Of a stretch of DNA of 64,000 nt, positions 1 to 8,610 are shown piece after piece. The DNA is from Caecitellus pseudoparvulus. Its lineage: Eukaryota; Protista; Bigyra: Bicosoecida. The position numbers were made by a program, and so were the translations under genes. Location: contig CBFFRQ010000065.1 in assembly GCA_965644315.1 (NCBI GenBank), positions 62,001 through 126,000 of the forward strand. The letters run 5' to 3'. Every line of letters begins with the position of its first letter. Within the stretch, counting starts at the first letter, position 1. The notes under the pieces are model-generated. The model was not told where the DNA came from and did no database searches. It was given only the letters and a program-made list of their open reading frames with translations.

Positions 1-508
1 CCCCATTGTGGCATGCGTATGGAACGCCACTGTGGGCCGCGCCGCGCCCGGATGGACCATGGCAGGCTCCAGCGCCTCAGACCCCCCTGCTTCAGCAGGC
101 CAGCCAGCGCCACGCCGCATGGTGAATGGGGTGGCGGTGGCGTCCACGCCGGCCCCCGCCCCAGCGCCGGCCCCCGACCTGGAGCTCGGCGCCATCAGCC
201 CAGGCGGAGACAGTGCGGCATCTGCAGGGCACCACGCGGAGCAGCCTTCCACAGCGTCCTGGCCCTCGGCTCTGCTGCGTGGGGATTTGGCCACACGCGC
301 CCAAGGGTACGCCCCAGTCTCGGCGGTGGAGGACGGGGAGGATGCGGCCAGCCAAGGCGAGCCTCCAGCGCCACAGCCTGCACCCGACTCCACGGGCAAC
401 TTCCCTCAAGGCCAGGGGAGGTCGTTGGGGGGAGACACGGTGCAGCCGTCGCGCGGCCGTGGCCAGGGCCGTCTCGCGCACAGCCGCCTCCTGGCTCAGT
501 CTCAGTGA
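1..508 (+). CDS. 3' end of a gene that starts before the window; disordered tail with an SHP-box-like (p97/Cdc48-binding) motif
   Basis: The frame is open from the window start to TGA at 506-508. It is Pro/Ala-rich and contains FPQGQGRSLGG, which resembles the FxGxGxxLG SHP box. Confidence 0.5.
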   Translation, partial: PIVACVWNATVGRAAPGWTMAGSSASDPPASAGQPAPRRMVNGVAVASTPAPAPAPAPDLELGAISPGGDSAASAGHHAEQPSTASWPSALLRGDLATRAQGYAPVSAVEDGEDAASQGEPPAPQPAPDSTGNFPQGQGRSLGGDTVQPSRGRGQGRLAHSRLLAQSQ

Positions 509-638
509 AGCTGCAGATGTGACGACAGCGCAAAACTTCAATCCATTCTTACATGTGAACCACCACGTAGTTATTGGAGCCTGCCTCCGCGTCCAGCCTG
601 CACAGGTTTGCGCGTGTTCCAGCCGCCTGGCTGACAGG

Positions 639-649
639 TCAATTTCCGC
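639..649 (+). promoter_or_regulatory. TCAATTTCCGC candidate cis-element upstream of TRAP1 (representative copy of a recurrent motif)
   Basis: The exact 11-mer also occurs at 7993, 19480 (reverse), 49924 and 55930 (reverse); variants lie near other gene starts. Confidence 0.5.
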
Positions 650-696
650 CGGCCACCCACCGCGCGTGACTCTGCCACACACGCCGTCCGCACACT

Positions 697-3442
697 ATGT
701 TGGCTCGTGGAGTGACGAAGAAATTTATTTCCGCACGGGGCTCGCCGCACCTGTTGCGCGCCCTGGGCGTGTCCCTGCCCCAGGCCACCCTGCCTTCCAT
801 GCCCCAGTTGGCCAGGCTCTGCAGCTCCCAATCTGCCGCCGCTGCCGAGGCGGATGAGGCAGCAGGGGCAGCCAAGTCTGCAACAGCCGCTGCAGCAGCA
901 GAACCAAGCGCCGTGGAAGGTGCTGAGGGTGAGTTGCGCAGCGCTGTACGTGCCCTGTGCAAAGACTGGCTTGCTCACGTATTCCGCCACCTGTCACACC
1001 TTTCCAGGCGAGGTGCACGTGTTCCAGACCGAGACAAAGCAGCTGCTGGACATCGTGGCAAACGCGCTGTACACTGACCGCCACGTGTTCGTGCGCGAAC
1101 TCATCTCCAACGCTTCCGATGCCTGCGAGAAGGTTCGCCACATGCAAGTGAGCGGGCAGGATCTCGTGGAGCCTGAAGCGGCCCTGGGCATCCAGCTCTT
1201 CACCGACGAGGAGGCCGGCACCCTGACCATTGTGGACAACGGCATCGGCATGAACCGAGAAGAGGTGAAGACCAACCTCGGCACCATCGCCCACTCTGGC
1301 TCCAAGCAGTTCGTCAAGGCGCTGCAGGAGGGCGCTGCGGAGGCGGCCCAGAACGTCATCGGCCAGTTTGGCGTGGGCTTTTACTCTGCCTTCATGGTGG
1401 CGGACGACATCGAAGTGTACTCCAAGTCAGCTTCCCCTGACTCCCCGGAGGAGACCCTCTGGCGCAGCACGGGCGACGGGTCGTTCAGCATCGCCCCAGC
1501 TTCTGGCGCCGGGCGCGGCACGCGGATCGTGCTCAAGCTCAAGGACACCTGCAAGGACTTCTCCAACGCCGCGACGGTGGAGGACATCATCAAGCGCTAC
1601 TCCAACTTCGTGAACTTCCCCATCTTCCTCAACGGCAAGCAGGTCAACACCGTGTCGGCGCTGTGGGCCGTGCCCAAGTCTCAAGTCACCGAGGAGCAGT
1701 ACGAGGCCTTCTACCGCTACAAGGCCAAGGCGTACGACAAGCCCCTGATGACCATGCACTTTGCCTCTGACGCGCCCATCGAACTCAAGGCCCTGCTCTT
1801 CATCGGGCAGATGAACCCTGTACGTGCGCGTTGCCCCCATGCTGTGTGACCCCCCCTCCACCTCGCGCAACCTTATGGTTCCCTGGCACACCTACGTGGC
1901 ATTGCCTTGGAAAGAGCCGGTTGCGAACATCACCTGGGGCGGCGCGTCACATCGCCGCCCCGAAGAGGTTTTTTCTGTGCTTGGCGAGCTCCTCACTCCC
2001 CCGCACTGATCGCCCTCATGTACATTCCCCCCCCCCCCCCCCCATTTCAGGAAGCCTTCGGCCTGGGCCGCAGCAAGCCTGGCGTGGACCTGTACTCTCG
2101 CAAGGTGCTCATCGAGGCGGAGTCCAAGATCATGCCCGAGTGGCTGCGCTTCATGCAGGGCGTCGTGGACAGCGAGGACATCCCGCTCAACGTCTCCCGC
2201 GAGTTCATGCAGGACTCGGCCCTCATGCGCCGCATCCGGTCGGTGCTGACCCGCCGCGTGTTGCGTTTCCTCGAGACCGAGCTGCGCAAGAACCGCGAGA
2301 CGTACGAGAAGTTCTTCGCTCAGCACGGCAACTACCTGAAGGAGGGCGCCTGTGCCGAGCAGGTGTACCAGAACGACATTGGCAAGCTGTTGCTGTTCGA
2401 GAGCAGCGAGCTGCCAGCGGGCAAGCTCACTACCCTGGACGAGTACGTGGCACGCACGCAGCCGGGGCAAAACCAGATCTACTTCCTGTGTGCGCCTCAC
2501 CGAGGGCTGGCGGAGAAGTCCCCGTACATGGAGGCGTTCAAGCCGGGCCCCTCCAACGGCCACACCACCACCGAGGTGCTGTACATGTACCAGCCCATCG
2601 ATGACTTTGTCATGAACAACCTCAAAGCCTACAATGGCCGCGAGCTCATGACCATCGAGTCCTCGGACATCAAGCTGGGCCATGTGGACGCCGACGCCGT
2701 GAAGGCTGCCCAGAAGGAGGCTGACGAGGCCAAGCAGGCAGCGGCAGCAGAGGAAGGCGAGGATGGCGACGATTCCGTGGTCCCTGGTGTCCCCGACCGC
2801 CTGTCTGACTTCCAGATCAACCAGCTGGCAGACTGGCTCACCACGACGGCCCTGCCGCGGCGACTGAAGGCAGTCAAGGCCTCCACCCGCCTGGTGTCCA
2901 CGCCTGCCGTCATCACTGACCACGAGTCAGCGGCAGTGCGGCGCATGATGCGCATGCTGGATATGCAGCAGCGAGACAGCGAGTCCCCCCGCGCAGAGGA
3001 CTCTATGTTGCCCAAACAGACCCTGGAGATCAACCCCGCCCACCCCGTCATCACACGCCTGTTTGTGCTGCTGCGAACACAGCCTCGCATGGCCACCCTG
3101 GTGGCGGAGCAGCTCTTCGACAACACCCTCATCGCGGCAGGGCTCCTGGATGACTCCCGCACCATGCTACCTCGGCTGACGCAGATGATGGAGGCGCTGC
3201 AGGGCTCCATCATCCAGCGGCAGGCTGGGGGTGCGAAGGGTACCCTGGACGTGGACCCCGACCCAGAAGGCAAGGGTTTGCGCCACGAGCCGGAATCCGA
3301 GACAGAGCGCAAGGCTGCGAACGAGGCTGCTCAGGAAGCAGCCATGGAGGCGGCCATGCGCGCAAAAATTGCCGGAGACATGCGCGAGGGTGGGGACCAG
3401 GAGGGCAGCGTGGAGGTGCCCGTGCCAGAGCCAGAGCGATGA
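697..3442 (+). CDS. TRAP1: Mitochondrial Hsp90 (TRAP1/Hsp75); exons 697-928, 1008-1819, 2051-3442
   Basis: Hsp90 motifs FQTETKQLLDIVANALY, RELISNASDA, DNGIGM, GTIAHSGS, IGQFGVGFYS and GVVDSEDIPLNVSRE. No charged linker or MEEVD. Basic, presequence-like first exon. GT-AG introns restore the frame. Confidence 0.93.
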
Positions 3443-4013
3443 ATAATGCAAAACTGATGTATGCCATTCATCCGCCACACTCTTGAGTCACTCCCCACGG
3501 CAGTCCTCGTGTCGCACTTGTGGCATAGCCGAAGTTCTGGTGTCCCAAGGGCAAGCTTTCGCTGGACTGCGGTTTTTGCAGTTGCTGCCTCGGTCTGTGC
3601 TGAAGCCGCCTTCCTGGTGAGTTCTCGTGCCACTCGCACCCACGGACATGAAATGTGCCTAGATTGCATTGCACGGTGTCTGTGTCTTGCCGCGAGAACC
3701 TGCGGCGTGTGTGCTTGTTGGGTGCAAGCGCCATGGCAAGTGCCAGTCGCGGCGACGGCGCAAGCACCTCGCGAGCCGTGGCGCTTGCCTGCCCCAGCGC
3801 GCAGCAGTGGCAGCTGCATCTGTCTCCTGTGTATTTCATGGCGTCCAGTGCTTTCACTGCGACCGTGCCTTGGCGTGTCGTTTGCGAGCTCTGGGTTGGC
3901 CTGTGCGAGCCAGAAACCGCAGCAACAGCGGCTAGCAACCCATTTTTCGCTGGGGGGGGCGATAAGGAACACTGCTCACGCCCATCTCCTCTCGCCACGC
4001 AGACACGTGAAGA

Positions 4014-7000
4014 ATGCCTCGCGTTCAGCCTGGCAAAGACCAGGCCCGGCGAGCAGCGTCTCCCACATCAGCCCCCAAGCTCGCTGTGCACACGTCTCCG
4101 AAGGCGGCAGCAACCCCCAAGCACTCTTCAACTGGAAGCACCCCGAAAGCTGCCGCAGGTGGACTGGGCGTGACAGGGGAAACAGCCAAGCTCACTCCTC
4201 GCGAGGCTCCTGAGGTGAAAGAGCGTGTGTTGCCCCCTGCAACCGCCACCGGGCAGCCGGCGCAACGCCCTGCCTCTGCTGACTCAGCTGGCAGTGGCGC
4301 GTCGTCTGACAGATCGGACGACGCACCACGTGCGAAGATGGGGGCCAAGGCACATGCCGAAGCTGGAGTTAGGGCAGGCCCGGCGTCCCCCATGGCCGGG
4401 ACACCCAAGTCCAAGGCTGGCTCGCGTCGCGGCGCGGTGTCACCCTCTGCTTCCTACACGTCACAGTCTTCAGCAGGGGCGGGGGCAGCCACGTCTCCCA
4501 CCCATCAGTCGCCCGCATCCCCACAAGCAAGCAAGGGCACCCGCTCCTCTGGAGAAAGCAAGGAGGCGGTGCCTGGTGGCGACCCGCGCCCCGCCTTCAA
4601 GCACTTTGACTGGGTCATCGTCACAGGTGGCCCAGCGGGGGACAAGCCCCAAAAAGGCCGGGTGTCAGGTGTGGATCGCCAGGACACCACTCACGGCAGC
4701 GAAACTGAAGTGCACTTTACCTATGACGTCAGCATGGGCAAGGGCAAGGTGTTCCGGGCGGTGCCGGAACACTACCTCTCGGCTCCGCCTGGCGCCCCCC
4801 CGGCATCCCCAGCCTCATCCGCTTCAAGCGGCAAGCGGGCCGAGACTCCCGAACAAAGCCCGGGTACTCCAACCGCTGCCAGGGCCCCATCTGGCAGTTC
4901 CCCCATCGGCGCGGGGTCAGAGACTGAGCCAGGCAAGGCTGCCACAAGGGACAAGGCAGAGGCGCAGGGTGCCATGGGCATGCAGCGGCTGTGGCGCGGA
5001 CATGCCGCCCGGCAGCACTACGACGAGCTGCTGGCGGAAGCGGATGCCAGGGCAGCTGAAGAGGAGATGAAGGAGGTGGATGAAGAGGAGGGCAGCTCTT
5101 CCAGGCTGGGGGGGTCTGGGAAAGAAGCCGAGGATGGCGATGACGATGAGGAGTACGCCGGTGACTTCGACGAGGAGCACGGCAGCAGCCATGGCAGCCC
5201 TGCGCATGCTGGGCACCAAAGCGAGGAGGAAGAGGAGGAGGAGGAGGAGGAAGAGGAAGAGGAAGAGGAGGAGGAGGAGCTGTTGCCGGTTGCAGCGACA
5301 TCCAAGCCATACGGCATGCCCATCCTTGTCACGCGGTACCGCCACGCGAACCGCTCCAGCATCATGCTTCGGGACTGTGGCAGCCAGACAGCAGAGGACA
5401 GCGACGAGGAGGAGTCAGGGGACATGCGAGTGTTGCGTGTCCGGCCATACAGAGCGGTGCAAGAGCACATCAGCAGGAGAGAGTGGCAGGGCGGCCGGGC
5501 GCGGGGGCAGGCTGCTCCTGGCACCCAGGGTCCAGCCGACACGTCACCAGGAGGAGGGGGCCCCGAGAGGCGCACCGGGCATGCCAAGCCCTCTGCAAAG
5601 CACCACTCAACTCCACCGAAGCTGCAGGCACTGGTCACACGCCAGCCTGCCAGCATGGGACGCGAGTGTAAGGAGTCACTGCCCGGCCACGGCTCCGTGC
5701 AAGTGGGCGACGAGCACGCCGGCGAGGAAGGCGGGGCTGGGGACGGCATGGCATCGGAAGCAGCATCCGGCACTGGCCCAAATCCTCGTGGCGCGCGGCT
5801 GGCGGACGTCTTGCTGCGCTACAAGAAGGGCCTGGAGGCAGTGTTCCTGCACTACGCTCGCAGTGGCGTGGGCAAGGCGGGTGAGCGAGGCATCGGTCGC
5901 CGCACCTTCGACAAGCTGGCAGCCTCCGGCAGCACTCTGAAGCTGTCTGGCTGGCTGCGGTTCGTGCGAGAGTTTGGGCTCATGCCAGCACTCATGAGCA
6001 AGGACGAGGCCACGCAGCTGTGGCAGGACACGGTCGTGCTGAGCCAGTCTGGAGGCATTCATGCCCACCAGTTTGGGCACGCCTTCGCAGCCATTGCCGT
6101 GAAGCTCCTGTCCCTGCCGCCTGACTTGGTGCAGGCCTTCGCTGAAGGTGAGCCTGTGGCGCGCAGCCGATCGGGCCGCACGGAGGTGCCGTTCTTTCCC
6201 ATCGCCGTGTTGCGGGGTGAGGCGGAAGGGGGCGCACCTTCCGCGGAGCAGGCTGAGGCCATGGAGGCTGTGGCGGTGGCCCGGCGTGGCATCGCTGCCC
6301 TCAGCAGCAACGGCGACAAGGCTGCCTTCGTCTTCCGCTTCTTCGAGTTGCACAAGGTGCGGGAAGTGCACCGGCGCAACCGCGACATGGCCTTGTCTGG
6401 CTCCACCCTCGAGCGGGACTCGTACTTGAGCCCTCAGCAAAAGCTGGCCTCCAGGTCAGCCCGCCCGACGGAGAGCCCTGGCAAGGGCGCAGGCACGCTG
6501 TCACCCCTGGGCAAGACGGGGGACTGGTCGTACTACGCTCGTGGTCGCCAGCTGGCCCGCCTGCTCTCCGATGTGGACGTGCGCGTGGAGCGCTCTGAGC
6601 GCCGGGCGGCCAGCGGCGCCCACACTCCCAAGATGGTGCGAGGGGCGGATCTGGCAGCCATGGTGAACGCCGAGATCAAGGGCTCCACCGGGGACGAGCT
6701 GCTCATCGAGTTGCACCACAAGCGCCGGGAGCAGGCGCGCCTCACCAACCTGGACCGCCGGGAGCACAAGCGCAGGCACCAGAAGCCGCTGGATGGCGTG
6801 CGCGTGCGCATGGCGGGCCCCTCTGCAACCCTCAGCACGGACACCAGTGGCAGCCGCTCCTTGCCGGCGCTGGACCCGCTCAAGACGCCGGGCAAGGGCA
6901 GCTCTCAGCCTGTCCAGGAGGCCTCCATGACGTCAAGCAGCGACCAGTCCTTGAAGCCCAAGGGACAGCTCGCGCCGCTGGCCGACACGCCTGACTCGGC

Positions 7001-7505
7001 GCAAGCTGTGCCGACGCCGCAGCAGGTTCCGTACGGCTCTACAACTGAGAAGGCGCCAGCCAGGGACATGTCTGCCTTTTCGGCGTCGCCAGGGGGTGTT
7101 CAGGCGTATTACGGCGGCCAGTATGGGAGTGCACCCCAGCAAACCTCCCAAGGCTACGGCCAGTACGGTGCCAGCCCCGGCTATGGGAGTCAAGGCAATC
7201 CCTATGCTTATCCGATGAGCGCAGGCAGTGGCGCCTACGGCTCCCAGGCAGCATATGCTCAAGGCGGCGGCGGTGGTGTGGGGTACTCCCCCTCGGGGGA
7301 GCGGGTTGCCGCTGCGACCCACGCCCGAGCAGAAGCTGTGGCGCAGCAGCAGGCTCAAGCCCAGGCACAACAGATGGCGTACCTGCAGCAAGCACAGATG
7401 GCTGCCCAACAAGGGGGTGCCTATGGCGCAGGGGGCGTGTACGGCTACGGCTCGTATGGAGCGGGTGCGTACGGTGCGGGGGCATACCAAGGTGCTGGGC
7501 GGTGA
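4014..7505 (+). CDS. Large, mostly disordered hypothetical protein with an IQ motif, a Tudor/SH3-like segment, poly-Glu and an EF-hand/p25alpha-like helical region
   Basis: 1163-aa ATG-initiated ORF. IQ-like motif MQRLWRGHAARQ, segment LEAVFLHYA...WLRFVREFGLMP, and a Y/G/Q-rich C-terminus. Confidence 0.75.
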   Translation: MPRVQPGKDQARRAASPTSAPKLAVHTSPKAAATPKHSSTGSTPKAAAGGLGVTGETAKLTPREAPEVKERVLPPATATGQPAQRPASADSAGSGASSDRSDDAPRAKMGAKAHAEAGVRAGPASPMAGTPKSKAGSRRGAVSPSASYTSQSSAGAGAATSPTHQSPASPQASKGTRSSGESKEAVPGGDPRPAFKHFDWVIVTGGPAGDKPQKGRVSGVDRQDTTHGSETEVHFTYDVSMGKGKVFRAVPEHYLSAPPGAPPASPASSASSGKRAETPEQSPGTPTAARAPSGSSPIGAGSETEPGKAATRDKAEAQGAMGMQRLWRGHAARQHYDELLAEADARAAEEEMKEVDEEEGSSSRLGGSGKEAEDGDDDEEYAGDFDEEHGSSHGSPAHAGHQSEEEEEEEEEEEEEEEEEEELLPVAATSKPYGMPILVTRYRHANRSSIMLRDCGSQTAEDSDEEESGDMRVLRVRPYRAVQEHISRREWQGGRARGQAAPGTQGPADTSPGGGGPERRTGHAKPSAKHHSTPPKLQALVTRQPASMGRECKESLPGHGSVQVGDEHAGEEGGAGDGMASEAASGTGPNPRGARLADVLLRYKKGLEAVFLHYARSGVGKAGERGIGRRTFDKLAASGSTLKLSGWLRFVREFGLMPALMSKDEATQLWQDTVVLSQSGGIHAHQFGHAFAAIAVKLLSLPPDLVQAFAEGEPVARSRSGRTEVPFFPIAVLRGEAEGGAPSAEQAEAMEAVAVARRGIAALSSNGDKAAFVFRFFELHKVREVHRRNRDMALSGSTLERDSYLSPQQKLASRSARPTESPGKGAGTLSPLGKTGDWSYYARGRQLARLLSDVDVRVERSERRAASGAHTPKMVRGADLAAMVNAEIKGSTGDELLIELHHKRREQARLTNLDRREHKRRHQKPLDGVRVRMAGPSATLSTDTSGSRSLPALDPLKTPGKGSSQPVQEASMTSSSDQSLKPKGQLAPLADTPDSAQAVPTPQQVPYGSTTEKAPARDMSAFSASPGGVQAYYGGQYGSAPQQTSQGYGQYGASPGYGSQGNPYAYPMSAGSGAYGSQAAYAQGGGGGVGYSPSGERVAAATHARAEAVAQQQAQAQAQQMAYLQQAQMAAQQGGAYGAGGVYGYGSYGAGAYGAGAYQGAGR
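5224..5279 (+). repeat. (GAR)n trinucleotide run encoding poly-Glu
   Basis: GAG/GAA codon run inside the 4014-7505 CDS. Confidence 0.9.
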
Positions 7506-7681
7506 TCGGGGCAAGGCGCACGATGCGGCAAATTCACAGCTCACTGACCGACTCTGGCTCATGCTTTGCTTTGCCCAGGCAGGCCTACTTATCGTCTTTC
7601 CTGGGTGTGCGTGCCTGGCGTTGGCAGAACTTTCCACACAACCCGCGGCAGGCGTGGTTCGAAGCCAGTGCTGTGGGAGGC

Positions 7682-8291
7682 ATGGCTGCGGCGGCAGCCG
7701 CCTGTCGGCTCAACAAGGCTCTCAAGGATGAGACTTTACAATTGTATCGAGCATGCTGGAGAACTGCTCGGGCCTGCCCAACGCTTGGTGGCAGACTGCA
7801 GATGGAGACGTACGCCAGGTGCGCATGCTGCTGCCACATTCAGCGCGCCTGCCGCAGCTTGTGCTGCGAAAGGCAGAATCCACGACGCTGTGCGCGTGGT
7901 TCCTTGTATACAGACTCCGTTTCCGGACCGCGCCACCTGTGGAAAGCCTTGCGCAAGGCAAGGCGGCTCTGAAGTGTGTTGAGTGCGGAGACTCAATTTC
8001 CGCTCACACGCAGCACCTGGCATCTCCGCTTGCTGACGCAGACAAGGCTGGCAAGAAGTCGAGCAAATGAAGGAATTCATGTACGTTAGCGGTGCTTTGC
8101 GCCGGGAAGGGACCTCATCGGATTCTGCATCGGGGCAGACGCCAGGGCAGGCACAGCAGGCCAGCAACACTTCTGCCAGCGCTCCGGTCGTGCCTGGCGA
8201 GGAGCAGACAGCCTCTTGTGCCAAATGTGACACGCGCCTGGTTCAAGGATCCAAGTTCTGTCACTCATGTGGTGCGCCTCAGGGCACTTGA
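7682..8291 (+). CDS. LYR-motif (Complex1_LYR-like) protein with a C-terminal zinc ribbon; exons 7682-7818, 7914-7973, 8042-8291
   Basis: Spliced product reads TLQLYRACWRTAR...ARLRFR...ALKQGWQEVEQMK and ends CAKC-x10-CHSCG. Exon phases are consistent (447 nt). Confidence 0.7.
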
Positions 8292-8610
8292 CGTGCTGTT
8301 GAGTCCAGGCCTCCTCTGAAAGTGTGTAGCACAGCAGCCAGCGCCAAGCCCCAGGGCTGAGCCACGCTGCAGCATTTTCCTGTCTGCGAGCAGAGTGCTG
8401 CTTAAGGCGCCCAGAGACGCCGGAACAGGTTATTCAACGGCAATTCGTGGTGTTTCACTGCAGCCTTGGCTCCAGTGCTTTCTTCTTGGGGCGGGGAAGA
8501 CCAACCGGAGGGGCAGGAAACGCTCCCGACTTGGCACAGCACAAGGTCCGCAAGCCTGTGCTGCAACCAGTGCGAAGCGCGCCGGAGCCCAGAGGCACTT
8601 ACAAACAAAC

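Noticed and set aside
7645-7670. GGTTCGAAGCC as a tRNA T-loop
   Set aside because: The T-stem pairs for only 3 bp and I could not form a cloverleaf.
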